Below are positions 13,539 to 28,452 of a stretch of 64,000 nucleotides of DNA, one piece after another. Position 1 is the stretch's first letter, and each line of letters starts with the position of its first letter. A model generated the notes under the pieces. The model made no database searches and was not told where the DNA came from. It saw only the letters and a list, made by a program, of their open reading frames with translations. Where the stretch lies: positions 158,596,001 to 158,660,000 of the forward strand of contig NC_042999.1 of the NCBI RefSeq assembly GCF_006345805.1, written 5' to 3'. This DNA comes from Octopus sinensis. Lineage: Eukaryota. The translations under genes and the position numbers were made by a program.

Positions 13539-13938
13539 GGCGCAGGGGTGGCTGTGTGGTAAGTAGCTTGCCTACCAACCACATGGTTCTGGGTTCAGTC
13601 CCACTGCGTGACATCTTGGGCAAGTGTCTTCTGCTATAGCCTCGGGCCGACCAAAGCCTTGTGAGTGGATTTGGTAGACGGAAACTGAAAGAAGCCTGTC
13701 GTATATATGTATATATATGTATGTGCGTGTATGTGTTTGTGTGTCTGTGTTTGTTCCCCTAGCATTGCTTGACAACCGATGCTGGTGTGTTTACGTCCCC
13801 GTCACTTAGCGGTTCGGCAAAAGAGACCGATAGAATAAGTACTGGGCTTACAAAGAATAAGTCCCGGGGTCGATTTGCTCGACTAAAGGCGGTGCTCCAG
13901 CATGGCCGCAGTCATATGACTGAAACAAGTAAAAAGAG
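13539..13938 (+). mobile_element. SINE family 1, full length
   Basis: GGCGCAGGGGTGGCTGTGTGGTAAG...GGGTTCAGTCCC...gaaacaagtaaaaagag. Confidence 0.92.
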
Positions 13939-16379
13939 AAAAAAAGAGAAAGAGTATGAATGTAGTTACTCATCGCGATCCATGAGCTTAACATTTGAAA
14001 CTGTAGAAATTAATGTAAATCTGAAATTATGGATAGAGAAAGTGCTGTCTTGACTAAAATTCGACATGATTATTTAATTTGATACTATACCACTTATATT
14101 AGTTACCCGTACTACCGAAACATTTTGCTGACTCTTCATTTGACTATGTCCTTATATGAGTATCTCTTCTTACAAAACACAGAAATTTATATTGCTGTTA
14201 AAAAATTCCTTCATTAAACATAGACAATGTGTATATCAGTAACGAAATTCAGAAGAATGACCTTAGTGCCACGAATCTGTCCTTTTATCTGTGTACTAAG
14301 CACGATATTTTAAAGGATAGTAATTCCTTTAAGAAAAGAAATAACTAATAGTTGCAAGGTATATTTATTTGTATCTTGGTGTCTGTCCGAGAACAGATAT
14401 ATTAATAATTCTATGCAGTTGCATGAAATATGGTGAACAGTTTAGTATAAAACTTGATTAGCATAAAAGTAAGAAACAGTAAGAAAAGATGTCACAAAAT
14501 TTCAGAATCACAAAAGTTAATCAACGGAAGTATTCGATACTCTTAGAAAAAGATTCATTGAAGACATGTCAAGGGAGATAATGGAACTTGTGACATAAGA
14601 TTTTATATCTGAATGAAACAATACACCAAGAAATCCAAGATGGGGATAAAATAATATTCTACTTCGATTATTTTCAATAATGGATGTCAAGATGCAATTG
14701 AAAATCCTACCTTTAAATGGTTGGAGTGAGCAGCAAAATTGAATAGTAATGAGTATGTGTATGCCATAAATTCTGATGAGGGATTAGTTTCCTTAAGAGA
14801 TTTTTAAAACTTGGTATTACTTTTGATCATTTCTGCTAGCTTCAGACAATGATTTAATGAAAGCGTATTTCAAGAACAAAATCAATAAAGACAAAAAGAT
14901 TGGTTTCTTCAGAAAATGAATTTTATTTCAAATGAATAGCAAATACCAAAATTTAAAGCTTGCTTCAATGAATTCATTATTGGCTAATTTTCAGTTCACT
15001 TCCATTGGGTATGTTTGAGTGAAAGTATTAATGCATAATCTTGATTCCCGATAAAATTATAGTATAGAACTACCGTCCGTTTATCTCTTACTGCCTATGA
15101 AAATTACATCGATTTTCTTACCTTTTCTTAGGATAAGACCAGAAACAATATATACCAAGAAGCCATCATGCAAATTTTGGTTCTAAGATTTGTAACGATT
15201 GCAGTAAAATTTTATTCCCAATCCATAAAACACGCATTTACATACATTTATAATAGTCACACATATACTTATCGACTAAAGCTAAATTGTTATATGCATA
15301 TGAACGTGTAACTTAGGTCAAATGTTTTAAGAAGTTATTTAGATTTTAAAATATCAATAAATACAATAACTGCACAAGAAAATATACAGTCATTTACTGC
15401 TGTTTCAAATTATAATTTCATTATTTATTTTAATGTATTACTTACTTAGTATGAATTATATATCCCATAATGAATTTAACTTAAACCCACGGCATAACTC
15501 CTAATCATGAAATATATTCTTGTGGATCAGATGATTCCATAACACCTTCATTTTCTTAGGTCCTTCCTCTCATTTGCCTATTCATTATTTCCTCTGCAAA
15601 AGGTCAACTCAACAACTGATGCTTTCGTTGTCAGGCCCGGTGATATAACACGGCCATGGTCTTGCTTCGTCAATATAATATAATTTGGGATGTCTAGATA
15701 AGTGTTCTCTTTTCATGCATTTAACTTATCCAGTTTCATCCTCCTTTTGAGAAAAATATAATATTACATGGTATTGATACTAATCGTATTTAAGCCGCTG
15801 TAATATTGTGTAAGTGCTATAAAGTGTAATAATGGATATCTTCTGTCATTGTTTTAAGTCCCTGGAAGTTTTATTAGCTAAATTGGGTAGATGGAAACTG
15901 TTCGGAAGCCCATGTGGTACTCTTAATCCGTCGATTGGTTTAACACCACCATGTAATCTTTTGGTGTTTATTTGTGAGAATGATAACCTATGGATTATAG
16001 TTTTCTCTAATCCTTGTTGAATCAAAATCACACACCTTGAAAAAGTCATTACAAAATAAAGCAGAGACAATAAAAATAGTCTATATTTTGGAGTGAATTC
16101 ATGAAATGAATATCCTTCAAATTATGTAGGATATATACATAATTAAAAGAAAATTCTTAAATCTAGTAGAATAATATAAAATTACTAAGTACTTTCAATT
16201 CATAAAAATATTTCAATTTATAAAATTGAAAACGGCGGTGAAGATAAAAGGGATTATTTAAAATTGAACTTTTGTTCCAATAAAAAATGAAAACTAGTGC
16301 ATGTTATTATGAGAAAGAAAACAGAAAAAAAAGAAATTTAACAAAACAACATAATATTAAAAATATTAAAAAAGCGAAG

Positions 16380-17150
16380 AGAAAAAGTTGTCTTTGATCT
16401 GCATATCAGTTGAAGAAAACATTGTCAAGGGTATTTGAAATTCATTTCAATAATATTTGCTTTCGGGCAATATCAGATTTGTGTTTGAGAGTAACAATGA
16501 AATTGAGATGGAACCTTTAAACTCAGCAAAGATACAATGTTTTGATCATAATGAAGCATGTTATTTCTGAAGAAAATTCAATCATTTTTTTGCTATGGAT
16601 TTAACCGATGCAAATTGTGAATTCATTATAATTTAGCTGGATATTCCAATTGGTTCCAAAATACAGAATGATATAATCTATTAAAAAGTCTCTAGAAAGT
16701 TTAAGAGAAGTAACAATGGGGTTAGATTCATATGTATACCTTTTCATAACCATGCAAACTGTGTAATAAGCTGCTCTGTCAACACTTGTGCATCACTCGA
16801 GACCGATAGATAAATAGCTTCGAATCCTCTTATAGAGAAACACATTGAATTGACATTAAAAAATTATTAATTCTTGCTCGATACTGGAAATAGAAACCGT
16901 TCCTTATAATCTGCTGAGGAATAAAACTATTAGAAAACTGGCACAAAGTCATAAAATACCTTACTAGTAAACAATGTCCAATAAGAATGAACTGTCACAA
17001 TGAGAAGAATGATTACAATATGGTGTAGAAAAAATCAATAAGAATCCTTGGATTCCTATATAAAAGGGATTATTTTCTTACCGACATAGGCAAGCCAGCA
17101 AATTTTGAAGAAACACATTTCCAAAGCGGTACATGTAACAACGCTTTGCT
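16380..17150 (+). pseudogene. Possible heavily decayed MULE (Mutator-like) transposase
   Basis: DGTFKL at 16507-16524 and IKKLLILA at ~16855-16878 in MULE-like order; many stops. Confidence 0.35.
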
Positions 17151-17904
17151 TTTATCAACGGATCAGTAGAAAGTCATTAACAGAATATTTGGAGATGTGT
17201 TTTCTGGTAAAATGGAAACGTTGTGATACATTTCATTCAGGGATATTGAATATATATTTAAGAAAATCTAACGAAGAAAATAGTAATTGTATTTTGTCAA
17301 GTATTGTTTAATATGAATTCGTAAGAAAAAGTGTTATTATGAATAGTAAGTATTACATGAAGATTCATAGAAAATATAAATATTATGCGGAGAACAATTG
17401 TATTTTCAGATGCAACAGCTTATACATATATTTGCTGAGGCAAAATATATTTCGGTATTTAAAGGCATCAGAGAAGCATAATATGCTGCGTCACAAAAGA
17501 AAATGCCAGCAACAATATTGGAATTCTTGTGCAAAAGACTATTATTTATTATTATGAACATGAAGGATTTCCAAGCATACGGTATAATATAACAAATCGA
17601 TTCTCCTCGAACACGCGTCAGCATATACAAACGCAGAGACAAACACAAATATATAAACATTTGTAGGTATACACCTATTTAGAGACATGTAGCCATATGT
17701 TAGTGTGTGTGTGTGTGTGTTTGTGTATGCGTGCGTGTGTGTTTCAGTTGTGGTATTTTCGGTTGTTTACATTCCGAGTTCAAATTCCGCCGACTTTGCT
17801 TTTCTTCATTTCGTAGTGGATGGAATAGGTACTTCTCGAGCTCTTAGGGTCAATGTAATCGAATACAATCATATCTGAAAATTTCAAGTCTTGTGCATAT
17901 ACTA

Positions 17905-18024
<120 letters not shown>

Positions 18025-18247
18025 TGTCTCTGCACAGCTTCTTACGCTGAGATGCACTACAGCGTCAGCTGTTCACTACCAGTGAACTAAGGTAACACCC
18101 TTTATTTTTCGGGCACTTTCCGGAGTATTCGAGGGGTTCCAAGCAGTGCTGTTTTCTGCAAGTGATCCGCCCTTGTCGCAGCCCCTATTTGTTCCATTTA
18201 CATCTCAAGATTTTTACTCACTGTTCCCAGGGCTCCGACAGTTGGTG

Positions 18248-18292
<45 letters not shown>

Positions 18293-19682
18293 ACTACTAC
18301 TACTACTACTACTGCTACTACTACCTTTTTCATCAACTACAACTGCTTAACCTTCAAAGCTAATGTGTCAGATCTTTCGACTTTTCTTTCTTCCTTATCG
18401 CATACCATGTTATCAGCTGAGCATGCTATATATATGATCTAGCATAGTTTGGTTTCTTTCTCAATTAAGACTATGTCTGGCTTCCTATTCTCTATCTCAT
18501 GGTCGCACTGAATCATAAAATCCCACAGGATTTTTGCATTATCATTTTCGATGACGCTTTTGGGTTTATGGTCGTACCAATTCTTTGCTCTGTCAAGTCT
18601 ATACATGTTGCAAAGTGTCTAATAGATAACCCTTGCTATATTGTCCTGGTGACTCTTATATTCCTTCTGGGCTAGTGGCGTTCATTGACTGGTAATATGT
18701 CCACAAATTCTGCACCTATCACTTTCTGATCTGTTGTCTATTCTGTATTTGATGTAATTTGTTCTTAGTGCTTGCTCTTGGGCAGCACAGATTAGAGCCT
18801 CCGTTTCCCGTTAAATCACTTTTAGTCATTCACAGTTATCTTTTTTTTTCTTCCTGTCTTATCTTCAACATCCCTATGAAATTGGCCATGAAATATTTTC
18901 TTTACCTACCTATTTTCAGTTTTATTCGTTTTCAATTGCTTGTAGTGTGCTTTAACTTTGCAGTCTTTCATCTTACACAAGACTGACATTCTTACTTCTA
19001 ATAACAGCGGTTCTGTGGCATTTTTTACATACCAGGCTATGTTGTTTTCTTCTGCTCTAATACTGTGTTCGCATCCAATAAGTCATCTTCCCCCTCTTTC
19101 TTGGTACATACAGTCTGTCTGTAACTTTTTGGGTGGAGTATCCTATATCTAGTTAGTAACTTCCTTGTCTTTCGGTAAGCCGTTTAGTTCGTCTACTGTC
19201 CATGCAATTACCCCTGCTCCATATCTATGTAGTGAAACCACCCAGGTGTTGATAACTTCAATCTTATTCCGTCCGTTTAATTTCGACTTAAGGATCACTC
19301 TCAGTCTGCGCAAGTATTCCACCTTAGCTTGTTCTGTCATTTCTTTCTCCATCAATTTATCCATTTCCAAAATCCCCGAGTACTTATAGCCCGTCTCTTC
19401 TATCTGCTTCATTACCTCTCCCGACGGTGTCGTTAGTCCGTCCATACATTTGATTTTGCCTCTCTTCAAAGCTAACACACCATACTTTCTTAGTCGGAAC
19501 TCCATTCTGATATCAACATTGAAAGTATACACGGTATCGCCGAGGGTAATGACTTGGAGATCCTCTTTACTATAAAGTTTAAGGTTATCCATGAATAAAA
19601 AATGGTTGACTTTTTGTTCGCGGCTTTTGAATACATCGCAGCTTTTGCTTTCCTCAGAATCAGTATTAGTATTATCAGGCAC
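18025..19682 (-). mobile_element. RLE (R4/Dong-like) LINE, decayed RT C-terminus, CCHC and endonuclease
   Basis: ORF 19149..19682 HFLFMDNLKLY...GYKYSGILE...SKLNGRNKIEVINTW; downstream ALICAAQEQALRTN, CRICG, KILWDFMIQCDHEIENRKPDIV. Confidence 0.9.
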
Positions 19683-19687
19683 AGTAC

Positions 19688-20760
19688 AAAGGTCAGTGCG
19701 TACATCGCACCCGTCATCTATTACCGCTTGACTATCGTCCCTTGCCCTGTTTGCTGGTTGACCAAGCTGGTGCGCTTACTCTTCCGCTTTCTGTGGAAGG
19801 GGCGCGTTCAACTGGTCAGGCGCTCCAGCTGCTCTCAACTGCTGCTGAATGGAGGGCTGGGTTGCTGATGTGCAGACATGCACTGAGGTTGCAGCATCTC
19901 CACCCTTTTCTTAACGGTGAATAGGTGTGGTCACCGATTGTAAGAGACACTTTTTCACATCCCTCTCACTTTGAGCTGCAATCTTGGATTTGGCGTAGAC
20001 CGAGGAGGGACGCTCGGTATCTCGAGGGCCGTTAGGCTCTCATAGATCTCACCAGGCGGGCAATGAGGTCAGTGGTAGTTCTAACCTAACGATCTATAGA
20101 GGGCTAGTGAAAGGAAAGTGCGACGACGTTCTTGGGGAAAGTAGTCTGTTTCGGAGAACTTTCGGGCCTGGGTCTATAGATAATGTCCAGAAACCCCTTG
20201 CCTGGCAGTGCTACTGAGGGTCGCTGTCTGTTCTGGATAAACTTTACAGGCACGGAAGTAACGTTAGCTGGGCCTACCTGTGGTGCACCCAGAACGATGA
20301 AACCGTTCTGCACGCCCTAGTCCAGTGCTGACCAGTGGGTTTATGTCAAACACCTGGTGTCACGTGTGGGAAGGATCCGGCTATCAGCTGAATCCATTGT
20401 GAATATCACCCCGGCGCCCTCTTTTGACTGGGAGAGGCAGACAATTTATATTTGTCTAGTGGCTGGTGGACCCGTTTGAAAGGGCTAAAGACAGGCACTT
20501 TCCTCTTTGGCTAAGCCCTCAACAATTTTTTAAAATTTCACTTGAAAAGGAAGTTGAGGATGGAGAGGAATGTGTTGTAGAAAGTTTGTTGAAAGGTGAA
20601 TGAATGTTGGAAGAATGGCCAGTGTGAAAGGACCAATTCTGAGCGTGCACTTATAAAAATAAAAGAAGGGCCCTTGCCCAGCTGATCAGGCTTTGTGGGG
20701 TTTTCTATGAGGTCTTAAAAGCGCCTCCCCTATTGGGAGAGTTAATTTCTTTAATTTTTT
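19688..20760 (+). mobile_element. Tx1/L1-clade LINE, 3' fragment
   Basis: LVRLLFRFLWKGRVQLVRRS...GGLG (ORF 19602..19868); later LAWQCY*GSL.V.DKLYRHGS and DETVLHALVQC (zf-RVT-like). Confidence 0.8.
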
Positions 20761-20985
20761 AATTTTTTTTATATTGTGTTACTTTCTAAAGCACAGTGTA
20801 TCGTCCTGTTTTTTTACTTTTACGTTGTTGTTTGTCTTTTAATATAATTTTATGTGAGCCTTTGTGGCCAATGAAAGAATGAATTATTTCTATTGTTGCC
20901 TTTGCACAGCTTCTAATACTGGAGATGTACTACAGTGTCAGCTGTTCACTACCATTTTCTGTGACCTTTTCTACCGTATGTTTTC

Positions 20986-21020
<35 letters not shown>

Positions 21021-21042
21021 CATTATTATTATTATTATTATT

Positions 21043-22865
21043 GTATGTTTGACTTTTGCTTTGTATTTGTACAAATTGACTTCAAGAGACCTCAAGAGAC
21101 AAGTTATGAGTTCAAGTTGGTAATATGCCTTGGGTATGATATAATTGGTTTTGAACAAAGTATTGTTCTGGAGAATGATTAAGTAAATATAAGAAAATTA
21201 CAAGTTTGCTTTAAAATTTGAGATTCCATAGACTGTATTTTACGTAGGATATGAGCAGTTCCTATGAACACTTTCTTTTGAATTTCTGCCACTTTGGAGT
21301 TTCCTGCTATCTGAGCTGGTTAGCAATCAGTCCTTTTTCTATCATTCCGAGGGCACCTTTGACAACAGGAATTGTTTTAGTCTCCAGGTTCCACAGTTTG
21401 CCAGTTTCTATTTCAAGATCTTCGTACTAGCTCAGTTTTTGGTAGGTCTTGACAGATACATTCATATCGATTGGTACAGTCATATCATTGAGGAGGCATG
21501 TTTTTTGTCTGAAGTCTTTCAATATAAGGTCTGGCCTATTCGCATTCATCTTTCTGCCAGTTTGAACAGGGAAATTCCAGAGGGGGTGAGAATGTCATCA
21601 TTATCAAGCACTGGAAGAGGTTTGTGTTCCCACCAGTTTTTATCATGGAGCAGGTCCGGGTTTTAGCAATTTACTCAGTGTTGCTGTATCATGCCTGTTG
21701 AGATACTCTGTAGGCGCAAGAAGACTGCACAAAGAGACAACAAGATCAATGGTTTCATTTCGTTGTTGACATACATGACATGTTGGGCTACTGCCGTTCT
21801 TTAATATATTGGCCTGGTAGTTCCTTATTGATCTTGGGCTGCTATGATAAACACTTCTGATTCTGACTTGAAGCCAGAAGACACTATCAACTGATGAGTA
21901 ATGGCTTTGCCAACATCGGCATTATTAGCTATCTTTGGGTATTTGTCATTAAGAGATTTTCCTTGCCATTTATCAGCAAGAATATCTAAGGTAGCTGTTT
22001 AGCTCAGGTTTTCATACGCGTAGCTTTCTCTATGTTTCTTTCCAGTAAGTTCAATTCTGGGGTTTGTTTTATTTGCAATTAACTTATATATTACTTTGCC
22101 TGTTTTGTTACTGAGTATGATGCATTTTTGTTTTCCTTCTTGAAAACAAGTTTTAACATCCAGTCATCAGAGTTTTTCAGGTAGGTGTTTAAGTCAATTG
22201 TGGCAATCTTTTCTTGGCAGATAAAGTCGTTCTATATTTGCCTTAGGGTGGTGTATTATATGTAATGTCAACAATTTTCGTATTTTTCGGTCAAGATTAC
22301 ATATTTCACTAAAAGACCAGTTAATGATATTGAAAGCAGTAAATCATGACCGGTATGGCTAAAGTGTTGATTGCTTCGATCCTGTTTCTTGCATTCAGTA
22401 TTGTCTTTACCTTGCGATAGCGTTCTCTTCTGATCCTTTCCCTCATCACTGAATGTTTGATTCCATTACCTTCATATACTCTAGGTATTTATAGCTCTCT
22501 GCTGGTTCTAACCCCTTTATGACATTCTGCTGGTCATGATTAACGTTGGATATTTCTGTCGTTTTTCCCTTGATAAAGGTAGCTTTTGCACAGTTATCGT
22601 GGCCAAATTGCATCCTGATATCATCTCTGAACTGTTTAACGATCGCTTGTAAGCCCTGTAGTTGCTGATAATTTTTTGCAAAGAGCTTTATATCATCCTA
22701 TGTAAATGAGACGGTTTATAGTCGTATTGTACATCATCGAGCAATTACGAGAGAGGCATTTAGGCTAGACAAAAGAGGAGTGCTGATAGAGAGTCACCCC
22801 GGAAAATGCCACCCGATATTCTTACATCTCCATCATTGAGAGATTCATTGTCGCTGTACTATATC
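21043..22865 (-). mobile_element. RLE (R4/Dong-like) LINE, RT to 3' UTR with TAA tail
   Basis: RGIFRGDSLSALLF, DDIKLFAKN, DLEIETGKLWNLETKTIPVVKGALG, GTAHILRK; 3' UTR homologous to 50600-50810; (ATT)n at 20985-21042. Confidence 0.88.
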
Positions 22866-22869
22866 TGGA

Positions 22870-23985
22870 CTTCTGTGCTCTAACACCTTGTCTGACTGGA
22901 AATCAAAGTCCCAGAGGGGTTTTGCCTTCCCCTTTTCGTCCATTACATTTTCCGGTATATGTTGATACCAAGCACCCTTTACTTCGTATCCATACTTCCG
23001 GCATAGTAGTGTCGGCACTTGTACTCTTACTGCGCAAGACTTTCACAACCACTAACAATGTCAGTCACGCTTGCGACCCTTTTCTCACACATTCTGCAGA
23101 GTTTCCAGAGCTTGCATTTGTGAGGTATAGGCTTCCAGTCTTCTTTTTTAGGTCATCCTTGCTGAGCCACTTTCATGATGCTTCCTGGTCTTTTAATTTG
23201 ATAGTTTCACGGTGATGCTGACCATGTAATTCCATGAGGAGTAGGGTTTCTTCGTTCTCGTTGGTTATTCGTTACCGGAATTCATAAGCACTCTGAAGTC
23301 CATTTTTGTTAACTCCTCCTGCATTTGCAGCGTTGATGCACTCTCGTACGCTAATCACCTCACGTTCACCTTTAAACCTTTCCATGTACAGCCTATGTAC
23401 ATTTACCTTGGGGGGATGGCACCATGCATTGTCATTGTCTTTCGGGTAGTGCGATCAAGTTGGTTAGTCTCCGCTTGTGTTCATTCCAGGGTGGGTGCAC
23501 TGTAGCGGACTACAGCAACAGCCCATATGTTGATGGTGGTCAGAAGGTTCCTTGAATTGAGTTTTGATTTCAAGAGAAGTTTGAGGCGCTTCAAAAATGC
23601 AGTGATGACCTTGATTTTCCTTTCTCTCTACAATATATTCTCCAGCTCCAGAATCCCCAAGGTACTTGTATCCATCATCATCCGGGTCTTCGATTCTCTC
23701 TCCGTTTGGCAATTCTATGCCCCTACAGTTTGCTCTTTTCCCCGTTTCAAAGTGAGCACTAAACACTTCGAGATACCGAATTCCATCCCTATATCCTTAC
23801 TGCACATCTGTACAGTCTCAACCAGCCTCTCCATTTCAGGCTCAGCATTAGCGAAGAGTTTTAAATCATCCATGTAGAGAAGGTGGTTGAGACGAGGTTC
23901 ACTCTATTCTCAGCTCATAGTATGCGCTGACTTTGCGTATGGCTACATAAAGTGGGATCAGAACTATAACAAATAACTAAGTTTA
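22870..23985 (-). mobile_element. RLE (R4/Dong-like) LINE fragment, different family
   Basis: HLLYMDDLKLFANAE...DIGMEFGISKC...GYKYLG, KSKLNSRNLLTTINIWAV, LWDFDFQSDKVLEHRSPD. Confidence 0.88.
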
Positions 23986-24005
23986 AAAAGGAGTCAACAA
24001 GAAAT

Positions 24006-24058
<53 letters not shown>

Positions 24059-24659
24059 TTGCTGAGCCGGCAGAATAGTTATTACACGTTTCCCCTTCCT
24101 GAGCAATCTCAGGAAATTCTGCCGGGGTTTACATTGCCCTTCATCTTTCCGGGGTCAATGACATATGTACCACTTGGTGTAGATGTAATCGACCAGGACC
24201 CTCCCCACAAATTACAAGCCTTATAACTATAGCTGAAGGAATTATTATTTTATTTTAGTAGTCTCGGCTAAAGCTCCTTCTTAAATTTTGTTTTAACTTT
24301 GAGTGTCTTTGAAAGATATATGTTCAAAACATTTTCCTGTGTGAAGCATATGATTGCAAGATATCTGAATAGTCACTCAGCTCCTCTGTATTTTAGTCCT
24401 GTGAGGCAGAATTGTTCATTATTTCTATGAAATTCGCTCATTTTTTTGAAAAGTGCTAAGTTCAGATCCCTTCCCGGTTAACTTTGCCTTTCATCCGTTT
24501 AGGGTCGATGAAGTGCTAGACCAGTACCGCAGTCGATGTAGGTAGTAGATCTAACTTTCCCCAAATTTCAAGATTGTGCCTATAATAGAAACATCATCAT
24601 CATCATCTGTAGTAGTCAGTGGTAGTAGTAGTAGTAATATTCTTTATTAAGGTGGTGAA

Positions 24660-24869
24660 CGGGTGAGCTAGCAGAATCGTTTGTACGCCGGATAAAATGC
24701 TTAGCGGCATTTTGTTGGTTTTATTTTCTGAGTTCGAATTTGGCCGGGGTCGACTTTACCTTTCATCCTTTCGGGGTACATAAATTAAGTACCAGTGAAA
24801 TACTGGGGTCGGTGTAATCACTAGTTCTCTTCCCCAAATTTCAGGCCTTGTATCTTTAGTAGAAAGGAT
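24660..24869 (+). mobile_element. SINE family 2 with (ATT)n tail
   Basis: gagctagcagaatcg...gagttcgaatttggccggggtcgactttacctttcatcctttcgggg; ends gtagaaaggattattatt. Confidence 0.82.
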
Positions 24870-24883
24870 TATTATTATTATTA

Positions 24884-24937
<54 letters not shown>

Positions 24938-24962
24938 TATTAATATTATTATTATTATTATT

Positions 24963-25514
24963 GAGTGAGAGAGCAGTTCATGCCATCAAAGTGACACTGG
25001 GGTAAAATATACGAAGCCCAATATACCCATCATGACTACCCGTCTGATAAAGGTACACCAGGCACATGCATCACAACCATATGTGCGCGACATGGTGATC
25101 TCATATCAAGATAAACGCACATGACCTTGCAGGTGGGGCCCAGTTAGAATTTTCTTCAGGTTGAGTATACCCATCCCGCTCAAACGGTCCCTGAATAAGG
25201 GTGTTTAAGGATTTTGAAAGAACCACCCGTGTTTCCAAAGGTGAACTATTCAAACCCCAAGAATCCCTCTCAACACATGGCTATGATGCTCCCCCACTAC
25301 TTCTGCTCGTGATCAGAGATGCACATATCGTCAGCCACTAAGGGACATGCTCAACTGGTTAAGGTCAAACAACTGACAAGCAAATCTGTGGTATTGAGCA
25401 GAATATTTGCTGTAGCCCATCTTTTATACCAAGACAAAACAATGTACATGATAACACTTCCAATCAGTTAAGATCAGAAGCCATGAGAGCCACTGCCTGG
25501 TACTGCATCAGGGC
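24963..25514 (-). mobile_element. Element A, copy 2
   Basis: gagtgagagagcagttcatgcc...ggtactgcatcagggc; ATT arrays on both sides. Confidence 0.92.
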
Positions 25515-25540
25515 ATATTATTATTATTATTTTATTATTA

Positions 25541-25594
<54 letters not shown>

Positions 25595-25929
25595 TATTAT
25601 TACTATATTACTATTATTATTATATTATTATTATTATTATTACTATATTATTACTATTATTAATATTATTATTATTATTTTATTATTATTATATTATTAT
25701 TATTATTATTATTATTATTGCTATTATTATTATTGCTATTATTATTATTATTATTATTATTACTATTATTATTACTATTATTTTACTATTATCATTACTA
25801 TTATTAATATTATTATTATTATTATTATTATTATTGCTATTATTATTGCTATTATTACTATTATTATATTATTATTATTGCTATTATTACTATTATTATT
25901 ACTATTATTGATATTATTACTATTATTAC

Positions 25930-25975
<46 letters not shown>

Positions 25976-26189
25976 GCTATTATTATTGCTATTATTTACT
26001 ATTATTACTATTATTATTATTATTATTATTATTACTATTATTACTATTATTATTATTATTATTATTACTATTATTACTATTATTACTATTATTAATTATT
26101 ATTATATTATTATACTATTATTATACTATTATTAATATTATTATTATTATTATTATTATTATTTTTTATTGCTATTATTATTATTGCTA

Positions 26190-26220
<31 letters not shown>

Positions 26221-26262
26221 TATTATTACTATTATTATTACTATTATCATTACTATTATTAA

Positions 26263-26296
<34 letters not shown>

Positions 26297-26405
26297 GCTA
26301 TTATTATTGCTATTATTACTATTATTACTATTATTATTATTATTATTATTATTATTGCTATTATTACTATTAATATTACTGTATTGATATTATTACTATT
26401 ATTAC

Positions 26406-26471
<66 letters not shown>

Positions 26472-26565
26472 GCTATTATTATTGCTATTATTACTATTAT
26501 TACTATTATTATTATATTATTATTATTATTACTATTACTATTATTATTATTATATTATTATTATT

Positions 26566-27399
26566 CAGTAGTTTTATTTTTATAGCGTGCTTTCACTTCA
26601 CTACCGAGCACAGCTCTGTGTGCCTTGGGTATGTGCTGTGATTTGTTGTGATGCTCTGATGGTTATTGTATGGAAAGTGTTCAGCGTAGGATGTGTGCAG
26701 TGCCTAGTAGTGCAATTTTCTGTATGTTATATGTGTTTGTAAGTCCTGGTGTTTTTGTTATGTATTTATCTGAATATTTTTTTATCATGTCTAATGCACC
26801 TACTATGATAGGAATTGTTTCTGTTTTCAGATTCCACATTCTAGTTACCTCTATTTCCAGGTCTTTGTATTTTGAGAGTTTCTCCATTTCTTTTAGAGAC
26901 ACGTTGTCATCAGCCGGTATTGATACATCAATTAGAAAGCATTTTTTTTTCTTCATGATCTCTGACAACTATATCTGGTCTGTTGGCCTTAATTTCTCTA
27001 CCTGTGTGTATCGGCATATCCCAGAGTATGGTTGCTTTCTCGTTTTCTGTGACCTTTTCTGGTGTGTGCCTATACCATCTTTTTTTGTTGTTATTCCATA
27101 ATGTTGGCATAGCTTCCAATGTATGTAGGTTCCAACTCTGTCATGTCTGTGAATATATTCCTTCTTAGCCAAGACTGGGCAGCTAGAGATAATATGATTT
27201 ATTGTTTCTTGTCCATCTCCACATATTCTGCAGTTACTTGTAATATTTCTTTTCATTACATGTTTTTGGTAATTTCTGGTGGGGAGGCTTTGGTCTTGTG
27301 CTGCAATTAAAAATCCCTCTGTTTCTGCTTTGAGTCCTGAGCTTCTCAACCATTGCTGGGATTTTTCTTTGTCTATTTCTTTTGCGTTTAGTTTAGTCC

Positions 27400-27402
<3 letters not shown>
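26566..27402 (-). mobile_element. Young 5'-truncated RLE (R4/Dong-like) LINE with 3' UTR
   Basis: ORFs 26969..27349, 26928..27119 and 26681..26968: LKAETEGFLIAAQDQSLPT, CRICGDGQETINHIISSC, ILWDMPIHTGREIKANRPDIV, IDVSIPAD, ALLGTAHILR; frameshifted. Confidence 0.95.
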
Positions 27403-27445
<43 letters not shown>

Positions 27446-27490
27446 TATTATTATTATTGCTATTATTATTGCTATTATTACTATTATTAC

Positions 27491-27592
<102 letters not shown>

Positions 27593-27624
27593 GCTATTAT
27601 TACTATTATTATTACTATTATTGA

Positions 27625-27697
<73 letters not shown>

Positions 27698-27717
27698 GCT
27701 ATTATTACTATTATTAC

Positions 27718-27751
<34 letters not shown>

Positions 27752-27783
27752 GCTATTATTACTATTATTATTACTATTATTGA

Positions 27784-27819
<36 letters not shown>

Positions 27820-27880
27820 TATTATTATTATTATTATTGCTATTATTACTATTATTACTATTATTATTATTATTATTATT

Positions 27881-28452
27881 GAGTGAGAGAGCAGTTCATG
27901 CCATCAAAGTGACACTGGGGTAAAATATACGAAGCCCAATATACCCATCATGACTACCCGTCTGATAAGGGCACACCAGGCACATGCATCACAACCATAT
28001 GTGTGCGACATGGTGATCTCATATCAAGATAAACAGCACATGACCTTGCAGGTGGGGCCCAGTTAGAATTTTCTTCAGGTTGAGTAGCCCATCTCGCTCA
28101 AATGGTCCCTGAATAAGGGTTGTTTAAGGATGTTGAAAGAACCACCCATGTTTCCAGAGGTGAATTATTCAAACCCCAAAGAATCCCTCTCAACACATGG
28201 CTATGATGCTCCCCCACTACTTCTGCTCGTGATCAGAGATGCACACATCGTCAGCCACTAAGGGACATGCTCAACTGGTTAAGCTCAAACAACTGACAAG
28301 CAAATCTGTGGTATTGAGCAGAATATTTGCTGTAGCCCATCTTTTATACCAAGACAAAACAATGTACATGATAACACTTCCAATCAGTTAAGATCAGAAG
28401 CCATGAGAGCCACTGCCTGGTACTGCATCAGGGCAGGTACTGCATCAGGGCA
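27881..28452 (-). mobile_element. Element A, copy 3, with a 17-nt duplicated 5' end
   Basis: Near-identical to copy 2; ggtactgcatcagggca occurs twice (28419-28435, 28436-28452). Confidence 0.92.

Noticed and set aside
13539-13620. tRNA genes at SINE heads
   Set aside because: A and B boxes are present but there is no full cloverleaf, and each continues into a SINE body
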